The notes beneath the pieces were generated by a model that saw nothing but the letters and a program-made list of their open reading frames with translations, was not told the origin of the DNA and made no database searches. From a virus: a DNA stretch of 64,000 nt. Position numbers and translations under genes: made by a program. The stretch spans positions 1 through 64,000 of IMG/VR virus record IMGVR_UViG_3300009702_000021, one strand, 5' to 3'. This document shows positions 29,916 through 39,933 of this stretch, piece after piece (position 1 is the stretch's first letter; every line of letters begins with the position of its first letter).

Positions 29916-30197
29916 ATGCCGTATTTCCCGAAGGCCCGTAAGGCCGGATTCACCCTCGCCATCCTCACGGCACTGATCCTGCCTGGGTGCTGTACCTGTC
30001 AGGAGCGCTACGACCCGTTCCTGGGGCAGCTCGAGGAGAACCTCCGGGACGACATCAGGCCCAAGTATGAGGCTGCCCTGAAGGCCTCGAACCGGCCGGC
30101 TGACCTGATGAAGAACGACCTCGGGCTCGTCGACAACATGATCTCGGCGATCAAGCGCATCCGCACGAGCAGCCCCCAGACTGGAGGTGATGAGTGA
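29916..30197 (+). CDS. small lipoprotein (possible lysis/spanin component)
   Basis: Signal peptide with an LPGC lipobox. Confidence 0.55.
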   Translation: MPYFPKARKAGFTLAILTALILPGCCTCQERYDPFLGQLEENLRDDIRPKYEAALKASNRPADLMKNDLGLVDNMISAIKRIRTSSPQTGGDE

Positions 30198-30658
30198 CTG
30201 GGAAGCTGGTCAGGGATATCGGGTCCGTTGCGGTACCCGAGATCGAGAGGCTCAGCAAGCAGATCGCAGATGACTTCCTCGGTGGACTCAGTGACGTCCT
30301 CAAGGATGCTGCTGAGTCCCAGCAGGAAGAGGTCAAGGCGATCCTCCAGGAGGGCGCGAAGTTCAAGTGGAAGGCCCTCACGGCAGACGACGCTGCTCAG
30401 GCACGCCAGTACGCCGAGGCCGTTGAGACGTCCGTTCGGCGCGTCAAGACGATCTTGTTGGCTGAGGAGATCGTGGCCGAGGAGAAGCTGGCGGCGGTGA
30501 TCAGTCGCCTCTGGGGCAAGGCCCTCGATGGTCTGGCTGTCATCGCTCAGGGGCTCCTGACCACGGTAGTCAAGGGCATCGTGCAGGGAGCCGTGTCGGG
30601 ATTCACCGGAGGGGAGGGAGGAGACTCAAACATCAACGGCATCTTTCACTTCTCCTGA
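30194..30658 (+). CDS. helical hypothetical protein
   Basis: SD GGAGG, GTGA overlap. Confidence 0.6.
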   Translation: MTGKLVRDIGSVAVPEIERLSKQIADDFLGGLSDVLKDAAESQQEEVKAILQEGAKFKWKALTADDAAQARQYAEAVETSVRRVKTILLAEEIVAEEKLAAVISRLWGKALDGLAVIAQGLLTTVVKGIVQGAVSGFTGGEGGDSNINGIFHFS

Positions 30659-30692
30659 GCTACCCAAGCCACCTGGAATCAAGGAGCAGATC

Positions 30693-31055
30693 ATGGCTGA
30701 ATTCACCGAGAAGCAGGTCCTCGACGCCATCAAGCGGATCAGGGACGCGTTCACCGACGGCAAGATCGAGCTAAAGGACATCTATCTGCTCATCAAGGAG
30801 GCGACCGAGTTCGCAGAACTGGCGAACCTCCCGGGTGAGGAGAAGCGCGCTTTGGCGATGCGCGTCGTCAAGAAGGTCCTCGAGCAGACCGACATCCCGT
30901 GGCTGCCCGACAAGCTGACCCTCCCGATCGTCGGTGACGTCGGCGCAGATGCACTGATCATGCGCTTCCTGCCGAGCATCCTGGACCTCGTGGTCGATGC
31001 AAGTCGCGGTAAGTTGGCCCTGAACAAAGCTGACGCTGACTCGACCGAGGCCTAG
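30693..31055 (+). CDS. hypothetical protein (G.EKR..A holin-like motif)
   Basis: SD AAGGAG; LPGEEKRALA resembles LL-H-type holin-associated motifs. Confidence 0.5.
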   Translation: MAEFTEKQVLDAIKRIRDAFTDGKIELKDIYLLIKEATEFAELANLPGEEKRALAMRVVKKVLEQTDIPWLPDKLTLPIVGDVGADALIMRFLPSILDLVVDASRGKLALNKADADSTEA

Positions 31056-31079
31056 CGCCCAAGGACAACCTTTGCTGAT

Positions 31080-31124
31080 GGCAGCGCGCGGTCCATCCAA
31101 CCGGGGGGCCGCGCGCTGCCTTTT
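31080..31124 (+). terminator. Rho-independent terminator ending the virion operon
   Basis: GGCAGCGCGCGG/CCGCGCGCTGCC 12-bp stem followed by TTTT. Confidence 0.75.
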
Positions 31125-31206
31125 GGGGGTCGTAGTCATCTCAAGCGTACTATGTAGTGCTGTTCAGCTGAGAACTGATAACTAATACAGCTAGGGGGTA
31201 CAGTAC

Positions 31207-31815
31207 ATGGCACTGACGTTGGAGCACGCTGACTTCGACTCGCCAGTTGAGGGCGGACGGGCTGGCCTACTGGCATGGTGGGTCAAGGACGAGGAGCGCA
31301 AGCAGCCATTCCTCTGCATCCGCTGGGCCGACCTCCTGGTGATACGCCCTAGGGTCTCCTGGCCCCGTGACCTAGACAGGAAGGCTATCGATGGCTGGGG
31401 ACGGGACAGCCAACACCTCGCCTACGTGCCATCGATGGGGATGTGGACGATACAGACCATTGTTCCGGTTCCGGCGCTCGGAGACCTCATGAGTTTGCGG
31501 CGCCGCAAGTACCAGCGAGCCAAGCTAGGGCGCCGGGTCTTCAGGTGGTCGAAGCGACTCAGGTTCCGTGAGCTGGACCTCTGCAACCCTGGGCTGGGCT
31601 GTAGCCTCTGGATCCCCAAGAGGTCCCTGAGGCGTCTCGAGGCAGCCCTGGAGGGCGCGGTAGGGCCCCTGAAGGGAGACCTCGACGCCAGGATAGTCCA
31701 GCCGCCCTGGGACGAAGGCACGGACCTCCTGGTTGTCTGGAAGGGAGGAGATGTCAGGGCCTCGGCGTCAATTGTCCCGACCGGAGTCCTCGAGCGCAGC
31801 ATGGCGGACAGGTGA
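31207..31815 (+). CDS. hypothetical protein
   Basis: ATG after GGGGG; overlaps the next start. Confidence 0.55.
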   Translation: MALTLEHADFDSPVEGGRAGLLAWWVKDEERKQPFLCIRWADLLVIRPRVSWPRDLDRKAIDGWGRDSQHLAYVPSMGMWTIQTIVPVPALGDLMSLRRRKYQRAKLGRRVFRWSKRLRFRELDLCNPGLGCSLWIPKRSLRRLEAALEGAVGPLKGDLDARIVQPPWDEGTDLLVVWKGGDVRASASIVPTGVLERSMADR

Positions 31816-34550
31816 TCAAGGTCACGGTCTCGCCTGCCGGCACGGTCATCTTGGAGCCTACTTCCCAGGCCGACAAGAAGACCGTAAAGGACCTGCTATA
31901 CGTCGTTCGCCGGAAAGGTAAATGGGTCACGTTCTGGACCTACCTCGTAGACCTCCGTCGTGACGTACCGGCGGGACTGCTCCAGTGGCACCCAGCGGCA
32001 ACAGCCAGGATCCGAGCCTTGCTCCGTCAGGTCCGGGATCTAATCCGGGGAGACGATGAGAGGATTGCCGGGCAATTCAAGCCAGACCGGAGGCCCTACG
32101 ACTTCCAGATGCAGGCGATCCACGCTGGCCTGAAGGCCAAGCAGATACTTATCGCTGACGATACGGGCCTCGGGAAATTATCCCCAGTCGACACCCCCGT
32201 CCTGACTCCTCTGGGCTGGCGGGAGATCGGGTCAATCCGCAAGGGAGACAGGGTCATTGGATCGGACGGGAAGCCTACAGAGGTGACGGGAGTGTTCCCA
32301 CAGGGGGTCAAGCCAAGTTACCGGGTAACGTTCTCTGACGGGTCCAGCGCAGAGGCCGGACCAGAGCACCTCTGGGCGGTTGATTACTGGAGGGGAGGTC
32401 GTACCAAGTCTCGCATCGTTATAACTACTGATGATCTACGACTGCGTCCAATCAAGGATGGACTCGACCTCTCCAAGACCAGGCTCATGGTCCCCATGCT
32501 CTCTGGTCCGGTCGAGTTCGATAAGGGCCATCCCTTGCCTATCCCTCCATATGCAATGGGTGCGTTGATCGCTAATGGGGGGCTGACTTGTGGATCGGCT
32601 GTGCTTACCTACGGGACCAAAGACTGGGACGAGATTAGGAACCTGATCTATGAGGGATACGGCTACGAACCTATGGGGAAGATTCAGAGGTCAGCCAACA
32701 CAACACGAGCCAGCCTCCTCGGGGCGATAGTCGCCGTTCGCGATCTCAAACTGGATGTGAGAAGTCAGGAAAAGTACATTCCGACCTGCTACGCCACTGC
32801 ATCTCCGGTTGACAGACTGAAACTCCTGCGCGGGCTCATGGATGCAGACGGGTCGATCACCAAGAAAAGGAATCGAGTCACCTACCATACGATCTCTTAC
32901 GACCTAGCCCACGACGTGGCTGGGCTCGTGCAAGGACTTGGTGGGATTGGCAGTGTTCGACGCTATGACCGGACCCATGAGGGTAAGCCGGTCGAGTATC
33001 AGGTCAGGGTCAAGATGCCACATGGCATCAACCCGTTCTCACTTAGGCGAAAAGCAGACCGATATAACCCAGGACCCAAGGCTGGCCCCTGCCGAACGAT
33101 CAGGACGGTCGAGTACGTTCGTGAGGCTGAGTCGGTCTGCATTTCTGTAGCTGCCAGTGACTCGCTCTACGTGGTCAAGGACCATATCTTGACTCACAAC
33201 ACCATCGAGTGCCTAGGAATCATGCTGACGGCCTTTCGGGAACGGTCGATCAAGCGCGCAGTCCTGGTCGTCCCAGCCGGGCTCAAGCACCAGTGGGCCG
33301 AGGAGATCGAAGAGTTCGCGCTCGAGGCACCGGACCCGGTGATGATCGCCGTCTCGGGAAAGAACCCACGGCGCCGGAAGCAGCTATACAAGAAGCCATG
33401 GCGGGTCCTGATCATCAACCCAGAGCTAGTAAGGATCGATGAGGACAGCCTCAGGGAAGTGGCGAATGGTGTAGGCTTCGTAGCCCTCGACGAGGCATCC
33501 TGTATCCGCAACGAGGACTCGCAGATCGCTAGGGTCATGAAGCGCCTCTGGGCCTCGGCGATCTACAAGGTGGCCCTGACGGCTACTCCTGTCGAGAACC
33601 GGCTCGCGGACCTCTGGTCGATCATCCGCTGGGTAAGCCCGAAGGCGTTCCTGAGCCGGACCTACTTCGACCGCCACTACATCGTCTGGAGGAAGCTGAG
33701 GTTCAAGGTCAAGAAGCGTACGGGACGCACGGTCACGATTACCAAGGAGGAGCCCTTGCGGTACCGCAACCTCCGGGAGGTAGAGTCAAAGATCAGGCAC
33801 TGCTACATCAGGCGCCGCGTCAGCGAAGTCGGGAAGGAGCTACCCGAGCTTGTTGTCCAGTGGGACCAGCTGCTACTCCCGAAGCGTCAGCGCGCGATCT
33901 ACGACGCCGTCAAGGACAAGCTCGAGAAGAAGATCAAGGGCCTACGCGGTGTCGCCCTCCACGCGCCACTCCAGGCCCTAAGGCAGGCGTGTAACAGCAC
34001 CGCCCTAGTCGAGAAGGATCGCGGGCAGAAACACGCCTCAGTCAAGATCGATCGGCTCAGGGAGCTGTTGGAGACCGAGTTCACTGGCGAACAGGTGATC
34101 GTGTTCACCGACTACGAGCGGTTCGGCCGGATCCTCAAGCACGAGCTGAGGGCCTACCGACCCGTGACCTACACCGGGAAGATGAACCGTCGGGACCGCC
34201 AGCAGGCGATCGATGCATTCAGGCTCGGTGATCGTAGGATCCTGATCGGGACCAAGGCACTCGAGCGGGGTCATAACCTCCAGAATGCCGCGATCGTGGT
34301 GAACATCGACCTCCCGTTCAACCCGGCCTCGGTCAAGCAGCGCCTCGGCCGAGTACGCCGCCTCGGCTCCAAGCACCAGACGGTCCGGCTCTGGAACATG
34401 GTAGTCAACGACACCGTCGAGGAGCGACTGATCATGCGCTCGCTCTACGCGAAGCGGAAGCTGTTCGAAGGGATCTTCGAGTCGGACGAGCTGACCGACG
34501 CCGACCCCCTGGAGAGGATGGTCGGAGGTAAGCTGTGGGACCTCTTGTAG
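31812..34550 (+). CDS. SNF2-family helicase containing an intein
   Basis: LIADDTGLGK|T, LDEAS, ALTATPVEN and QRLGRVRRLG motifs. Confidence 0.93.
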   Translation: MIKVTVSPAGTVILEPTSQADKKTVKDLLYVVRRKGKWVTFWTYLVDLRRDVPAGLLQWHPAATARIRALLRQVRDLIRGDDERIAGQFKPDRRPYDFQMQAIHAGLKAKQILIADDTGLGKLSPVDTPVLTPLGWREIGSIRKGDRVIGSDGKPTEVTGVFPQGVKPSYRVTFSDGSSAEAGPEHLWAVDYWRGGRTKSRIVITTDDLRLRPIKDGLDLSKTRLMVPMLSGPVEFDKGHPLPIPPYAMGALIANGGLTCGSAVLTYGTKDWDEIRNLIYEGYGYEPMGKIQRSANTTRASLLGAIVAVRDLKLDVRSQEKYIPTCYATASPVDRLKLLRGLMDADGSITKKRNRVTYHTISYDLAHDVAGLVQGLGGIGSVRRYDRTHEGKPVEYQVRVKMPHGINPFSLRRKADRYNPGPKAGPCRTIRTVEYVREAESVCISVAASDSLYVVKDHILTHNTIECLGIMLTAFRERSIKRAVLVVPAGLKHQWAEEIEEFALEAPDPVMIAVSGKNPRRRKQLYKKPWRVLIINPELVRIDEDSLREVANGVGFVALDEASCIRNEDSQIARVMKRLWASAIYKVALTATPVENRLADLWSIIRWVSPKAFLSRTYFDRHYIVWRKLRFKVKKRTGRTVTITKEEPLRYRNLREVESKIRHCYIRRRVSEVGKELPELVVQWDQLLLPKRQRAIYDAVKDKLEKKIKGLRGVALHAPLQALRQACNSTALVEKDRGQKHASVKIDRLRELLETEFTGEQVIVFTDYERFGRILKHELRAYRPVTYTGKMNRRDRQQAIDAFRLGDRRILIGTKALERGHNLQNAAIVVNIDLPFNPASVKQRLGRVRRLGSKHQTVRLWNMVVNDTVEERLIMRSLYAKRKLFEGIFESDELTDADPLERMVGGKLWDLL
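32178..33200 (+). mobile_element. class 3 intein (341 aa) with a LAGLIDADG endonuclease, in the SNF2 P-loop
   Basis: Starts LSPVDTPVLTP.GW; EHLW; LRGLMDADG; VCISV; ends ILTHN|T. Confidence 0.92.
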
Positions 34551-34593
34551 GGTCGCTCTCGGCCCGTGCGTTGAATGAGATAGGAGGTCCCGC

Positions 34594-34884
34594 ATGGCCG
34601 AAGAACGAGTATTAGCACATGCACCGAAGCTGCTACAGGACATCGTGGACGGGCTCAAGGACCTCGAGCAGGAGGAGCAGCGGAAACAAGCCGCCTGCGT
34701 CCCGTTCCACCCGATCCAGTTCGCCCACATCGGCGTCACGTTCTATGAGGGCGGCGGTGACACCGGAGACGTCGTCTGGGACGGTAGCCTGGCGACGGCG
34801 CTGGACTTCATCTCCAACGACACCTACTGGGACGAGGAGCGCAACTGGGCCGGCGCCGACACGGCGAGCGTGAGCTATGGATAG
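34594..34884 (+). CDS. hypothetical protein
   Basis: SD AGGAGG. Confidence 0.6.
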   Translation: MAEERVLAHAPKLLQDIVDGLKDLEQEEQRKQAACVPFHPIQFAHIGVTFYEGGGDTGDVVWDGSLATALDFISNDTYWDEERNWAGADTASVSYG

Positions 34885-35003
34885 GCACCTCTGCTCCGAC
34901 TGCGGTCGCAGCTATGAGACCGACGAGGACATCCCGGATAAATCTACCTAGTTAACTCGCCACCAACTCCCGAAGCACCAGACGCCAAGACGGAGGTCTG
35001 TTC

Positions 35004-38000
35004 ATGGGAAAGAAACGCACTTGGTTCCCACACTTCCACGTCCATGACGAGCACTCGATCAAGGACGGCTGCTCGACCGTCGAGACCTACGCCGACCTGG
35101 TAGTTGAGTCAGGCGGAGACTGCCTAGCGATCACGAATCACGGGCAGGCAGCCGGGTTCGCGCGCCAGTACTTCGCCTGCCGTGACCGAAAGATCAAGCC
35201 CGTCTTCGGCATGGAGGCCTACGTCAACGAGTGGAGGACTCGCCCGATCAAGAGGCTCCAGGAGGAGCTGAAGAAGGCCGAGAAGGCTGCCAAGAAGTCG
35301 CCAGCCAGGCTCTCACAGATCAAGGCCAAGCAGGAGTCCCTCAAGCGGTTCATTGCTGAGCGGTTCCGGCCAAGCCCACATGCGATCATCCTCGCTAAGA
35401 ACCGGGTCGGCTACCAGAACCTCGTTCGCATGAGCACGGACAGCTACCAGCACGGCTTCTACTATGTGCCGCGGACCGACACCAAGTTCCTCTCCGAGCA
35501 CCGCGAGGGGCTGATCTACAGCACAGCCTGCATCGGTGGCTACATCCCCAGGATGGCCCGGGTAGACTTCGCCGCTGCGTGCGAGGAGGCTCGTCGGCTC
35601 AAGGCGATCTTCGAGGACGGCGGAGGTGGCTTCTACGTCGAGCTGATGATCACCGAGTACGAAGCACAGCGTGAGACCAACGAGGTCATGATCCGGCTCG
35701 CCACCGAGATCGGCGCCAAGTGCATCCTGACCTGCGACGTCCACTACGCGAAGCCCGACGACGGGCAGGCGCAGAACGTCCTCCTGCTGATGCGGGACAA
35801 GAAGACGATAGCCGACCGGGAGGCCGGCGAGGGAGTCTGGCAGTTCGAGGCTAAGGACCTCTGGTGGAGGACGGTCCAGGACGTGGTCCAGTGCTGGAGG
35901 GAGAACCACTCGGACTACATGGACCGGAGCTGTTTCCAGGCTGCCCTCAAGAACACCCTTGCCCTGGCAGACGAGATCGAGGACGTCGAGTTCGATACGA
36001 GCCTCAAGCTACCTGGGGTCTTCAAGGAGCCAGATCACGACCTCAAGGAGCTGGTCAAGTCGGGCTTGCGGTACCGCAAGGAGCACGGGCAGCTAGCGCC
36101 GGGAGTCAAGCTCTCGGAGTACACCGATCGGATCAAGCGTGAACTATCGGTCATCAGCCCCAAGGGGTTCAGCGAGTACTTCCTGATCCTGCACGACGTC
36201 TGCCGGGCAGCCCGGGAGATGGGAGCCCGCATGGGCCCGGGCCGCGGTAGTGCCGGCGGATCCCTGACGGCCTACCTCTGTCGGATAACCGAGATTGATC
36301 CGCTCAGGTTCGGACTCCTGTTCGAGCGGTTCCTCGATGCCGGCCGCGATGACCCACCGGACATTGACCTCGATTTCTCCCCGGAACACCGAGACGGCAT
36401 CAAGGCCTATGTCGAGAAGGCCTACCCGGCAACTGCAACGATCGGGTCCAACGCTACATTCAAGCCGCGCGCCACGCTCCAGGACGTCGGCCGGGTCTTC
36501 GGGATCGACTACCGGGAGATGCAGCAGATAACCAAGCCCCTGGGTACCGAAGCTGATGACATGACGTGGGATGAAATCTTCGAGGCCTGGCCGGCCGTTG
36601 AGAGGTTTGCTGACGACCACCCGGAGGCGTGGAGCGTCGTCCGGGTCCTCCGGGGGCTCATCAGCCACCGCGGCAAGAATGCTGCCGGGATGCTCATCGC
36701 TCCGGCCTCAGCCCTCAACGACGTCCCGATGATCATGGAGACGGACAGCAAGGGCAACAAGATGACCGTGACAGCATTTGCGGACAGCCAGGGAGACGGA
36801 GTCGAGCACAAGGGGCGGGAGCTGACTCGACTCGGCTACCTAAAGGCCGACCTGCTCGGTGTCCGAAACCTGAACATCGCGCCGCAAGCAGTCGAGATCG
36901 TAGCGCGGGATACTGGGCAGGAGATCGACCTAGAGTCACTCTCCCTCGACGACGAGGAGACGCTCCAGACTGCGGCAACGGGAGACGTCCCAGGGGCCTT
37001 CCAGCTCGACACCAACACGACGCGACCGATCCTCCGTCACGTCGGGGTAGATAGCTTCGCTGACCTAGTCATGATTACTGCCCTCTGCCGACCAGGTCCC
37101 CTCAAGAATCAGATTCATCGTGAGTTCGCCAAACTCAAGCGCAGCGATGCATGGGAGGACGATGTACTGCCAGAACTAAGGGAGCTGCTCCGGGACAGCC
37201 GCGGACTCATGGTCCTCCAGGAGGACGTCATGTGGGTCGTGCAGGTAGTCAGCGGCATGTCGATGCAGGAGGCCAACATGCTCCGAAAGATCATGTCGAA
37301 GAAGCAACCTGAGGCGATGAAGCAGTGGAAGGAGAGGTTCGTTGAGGGAGGCAAGGAGGTAGGGCTCGCCACGGAAGAGGAGCTGGTCGAGCTGTGGGAC
37401 AAGATCAAGACCTTTGCCGGCTACGGGTTCAATAAATGTGTATGTTATAATCAGCCCATCACCGTGAGGCGGACTTGCGGTACCGCAAAGGAGACTGATC
37501 GTGGGCAAGAGTACACCAACGAAGTGCGCGTGTGGGGCGGTGTTCCCGAAGAAGAAGTTGTGGGTGGACCACAAGAGGACGTGCAGTCCACACAAGGAGA
37601 TAGTCAAACAGGCCCGGCTGTCCAACCTCGCCAAGGCCAATGCACCGGATGCGAGGGAGAGGGCGCGAAAGACTTTCCTGATGAGGGATTACGAGGTAAC
37701 CGAGGCCCAGAGAGATGCTCGAAGGAAGAATGCCCGCAAGCACCTCACGCCGTGGGCGCAGAGCGAGGATGGCAGGAGGGTGTCTTCCGAGACAGCCAAG
37801 AAAACGTCAGCGAGGAAGGATGTCAAGCAGGCGAGGGCGAAGCGCATGAAAGAGTGGGTGCGAAACAATCCAGGAGTGATCGCTCGGACAGGTCAGCGTG
37901 CAGCGGCACTGGCCATCGACGGAGCAGGGGAGCTGGAGTTAGCAGAACTTCTTCACAATCTGAATGTAGTCAGACAGGAAGTGGTAGAGGTCGTACCGGG

Positions 38001-39644
38001 AAAGTTCGGCCTGTTCGATCTATCTCTTCCGAGCCGAAGCGTATTGATCGAGGTGGACGGCTCAGAGCACTTCAATCAGGGTGGACGGGAGATGATCGCC
38101 GACTACGCCAAGGAGGACTGGGTCAGGAGCAAGGAAAACGAGCAGGGGTGGGGATTGATCAGGGTACAACTCACCAACGACCGCAGGCTAGTCAGGGAAG
38201 TGAAGATCGGACTCTTGCGAGCTATCAAGAAAATCAAACCGAGGGAGGTTCTATTCGTCGGGGATTGCTACGACAAGAGGAGGAGGCCCAAGAAGAGGAA
38301 ACGATCCCGATCGGCGAAGTAGCCGTCGGTGACCTCGTCCTCGCACAGGATGGAGACTGGGTCCGAGTCCTCGACGTCCATGACCACGGTCTCCAAGAGT
38401 GCGTGGAGGTAGTGCTTCCGACCGGCTCCGTGGTCTGCACCTGGGATCACCGTTTTCCTACCCCACAGGGAACCCTGACGCTGCACAAAATCATCAATAC
38501 CAAAACTCGGATCCTCACAAAGCAGCGCCTCGACACCATCTCAATTGACACCTGGCAGCTTCCGACCTCTGTCACTCCAGTTGGAGTTCGTCACACCGTT
38601 GATCTCGAGGTTGACCACCCGACTCACTGCTACTTCCTCGCCAACGGAGTCTGCACCCACAACAGCCACGCTACCGCCTACATGATCACTGCCTACCGTC
38701 AGCTCTACATGCTGACCCACCACACGGTCGAGTACTTCGCTGCCCTGCTGACTCACACGCCGCGGGGTAAGAAGACTGCCGGCGGCGGGGAGCTGGTGGT
38801 CGACTACATGCGAGCCGCGATGTCCCGGCGGATCACCCTGCTGGGTCCATGTGTTGTAGACGGAGCTATCGGTTTCGACGTCGATAAGTACGGTCGGATT
38901 CGCTACGGCCTCGGGCACGTCAAGGGAGTCGGAGGCGCAGCCCAACTGGTAATGGCTGCGAGTCCGTTCGAGTCCCTCGAGGATATGTTCGACCGGATCG
39001 AACGACGCCGGGTCAACTCGCGCGTGTTCAAGCAGCTGATCTTCAGCGGCGCCCTGGACAAGCTCGACTTCAACCGACACGCCGGCAAGGGTGACCCGAT
39101 CCCGGAGTGGATCGGAGTCGAGCGCAGAAATGGGATCCTAGCCCGCTATGAGCAGCTGAGGAAGGCGAAGGAGACACCAGATGTATTCTCGACATCGGTC
39201 CTCCGGGAGAAGGAACGTGAGGTGCTAGGACTCCCGCTGTCCTGGTGGTCCTCCGACACGGTCCAGGAACTGCGCGACCAGGAGGGGCTGGAGACGATCG
39301 ACTATCACCTCCGCAGTGACCTCAGCAAGCTAGAGATCATCGCCGAGGTCAGCAGAGCTAGGACGCACCGGACCAAGAAGGGGACGACGATGGCGTTCCT
39401 GACGCTGGCGGACGAGACCGGGACCCTGCCGAACGTCACGATCTGGCCCGAGCAGTGGTCAACATACAGGCGGATGCTCTCCCAGGGTCGGATGGCGATC
39501 ATCCGCCTCCGGCGCAAGGAGAATCACAACCGCGAGTTCGGTGAGTGGTCCTACTACCTCGAGGACAAGTGGAGCGAGCCCGTCGAGAGCGTGGCCCGCG
39601 CACTACGGCGTGATACCGAAGGCGTGGAATCGGATGACGAATAG
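35004..39644 (+). CDS. dnaE: DNA polymerase III alpha subunit containing an intein
   Basis: PHP motif HFHVHDEHSIKDG; GPGRGSAGGSL; LLFERFL; PPDIDLDF; YGFNK|SHA; C-terminal OB fold. Confidence 0.96.
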   Translation: MGKKRTWFPHFHVHDEHSIKDGCSTVETYADLVVESGGDCLAITNHGQAAGFARQYFACRDRKIKPVFGMEAYVNEWRTRPIKRLQEELKKAEKAAKKSPARLSQIKAKQESLKRFIAERFRPSPHAIILAKNRVGYQNLVRMSTDSYQHGFYYVPRTDTKFLSEHREGLIYSTACIGGYIPRMARVDFAAACEEARRLKAIFEDGGGGFYVELMITEYEAQRETNEVMIRLATEIGAKCILTCDVHYAKPDDGQAQNVLLLMRDKKTIADREAGEGVWQFEAKDLWWRTVQDVVQCWRENHSDYMDRSCFQAALKNTLALADEIEDVEFDTSLKLPGVFKEPDHDLKELVKSGLRYRKEHGQLAPGVKLSEYTDRIKRELSVISPKGFSEYFLILHDVCRAAREMGARMGPGRGSAGGSLTAYLCRITEIDPLRFGLLFERFLDAGRDDPPDIDLDFSPEHRDGIKAYVEKAYPATATIGSNATFKPRATLQDVGRVFGIDYREMQQITKPLGTEADDMTWDEIFEAWPAVERFADDHPEAWSVVRVLRGLISHRGKNAAGMLIAPASALNDVPMIMETDSKGNKMTVTAFADSQGDGVEHKGRELTRLGYLKADLLGVRNLNIAPQAVEIVARDTGQEIDLESLSLDDEETLQTAATGDVPGAFQLDTNTTRPILRHVGVDSFADLVMITALCRPGPLKNQIHREFAKLKRSDAWEDDVLPELRELLRDSRGLMVLQEDVMWVVQVVSGMSMQEANMLRKIMSKKQPEAMKQWKERFVEGGKEVGLATEEELVELWDKIKTFAGYGFNKCVCYNQPITVRRTCGTAKETDRGQEYTNEVRVWGGVPEEEVVGGPQEDVQSTQGDSQTGPAVQPRQGQCTGCEGEGAKDFPDEGLRGNRGPERCSKEECPQAPHAVGAERGWQEGVFRDSQENVSEEGCQAGEGEAHERVGAKQSRSDRSDRSACSGTGHRRSRGAGVSRTSSQSECSQTGSGRGRTGKVRPVRSISSEPKRIDRGGRLRALQSGWTGDDRRLRQGGLGQEQGKRAGVGIDQGTTHQRPQASQGSEDRTLASYQENQTEGGSIRRGLLRQEEEAQEEETIPIGEVAVGDLVLAQDGDWVRVLDVHDHGLQECVEVVLPTGSVVCTWDHRFPTPQGTLTLHKIINTKTRILTKQRLDTISIDTWQLPTSVTPVGVRHTVDLEVDHPTHCYFLANGVCTHNSHATAYMITAYRQLYMLTHHTVEYFAALLTHTPRGKKTAGGGELVVDYMRAAMSRRITLLGPCVVDGAIGFDVDKYGRIRYGLGHVKGVGGAAQLVMAASPFESLEDMFDRIERRRVNSRVFKQLIFSGALDKLDFNRHAGKGDPIPEWIGVERRNGILARYEQLRKAKETPDVFSTSVLREKEREVLGLPLSWWSSDTVQELRDQEGLETIDYHLRSDLSKLEIIAEVSRARTHRTKKGTTMAFLTLADETGTLPNVTIWPEQWSTYRRMLSQGRMAIIRLRRKENHNREFGEWSYYLEDKWSEPVESVARALRRDTEGVESDDE
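37437..38663 (+). mobile_element. DnaE intein (409 aa) carrying an out-of-frame nested endonuclease gene
   Basis: FNK|CVCY...CTWDHRF...TVDLEVDHPTHCYFLANGVCTHN|SH. Confidence 0.92.
37501..38322 (+). CDS. nested DUF559/Vsr-like PD-(D/E)xK homing endonuclease (+1 frame within the intein)
   Basis: SD AAGGAG 37488-37493 then GTG; N-terminal CxC..H...C; FDL....SVLIEVDGSEHF...D..K.....GW.LIRV. Confidence 0.85.
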   Translation: MGKSTPTKCACGAVFPKKKLWVDHKRTCSPHKEIVKQARLSNLAKANAPDARERARKTFLMRDYEVTEAQRDARRKNARKHLTPWAQSEDGRRVSSETAKKTSARKDVKQARAKRMKEWVRNNPGVIARTGQRAAALAIDGAGELELAELLHNLNVVRQEVVEVVPGKFGLFDLSLPSRSVLIEVDGSEHFNQGGREMIADYAKEDWVRSKENEQGWGLIRVQLTNDRRLVREVKIGLLRAIKKIKPREVLFVGDCYDKRRRPKKRKRSRSAK

Positions 39645-39933
39645 TCGACGGGACCTGGTAGCGACAGCCATAAGCGGGCTCTTGCCCATGATAGCCATCG
39701 AGGTCGGTGACTTCCCTACGGACGAGGAGAGGAGGAGGTGCGTCGACACCATCGTCATGGCCGATTCTCTGGTTACCGGAGGTCCGCCACGGAAGGGATC
39801 GTTAGTCGAGGCAGCTAAGGCTATTTACTGGCTCAGCAGGGTGCCACCGGGCCCAGTCGTATTCGGGCAGCACTGGGTAGACGGAGGGGGTCACACAGCT
39901 GGACCGGATTGCCCATTCGGGTGCAGCAGATGA
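39634..39933 (+). CDS. hypothetical protein
   Basis: Fills the gap between dnaE and the loader gene with overlaps. Confidence 0.45.
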   Translation: MTNSRRDLVATAISGLLPMIAIEVGDFPTDEERRRCVDTIVMADSLVTGGPPRKGSLVEAAKAIYWLSRVPPGPVVFGQHWVDGGGHTAGPDCPFGCSR

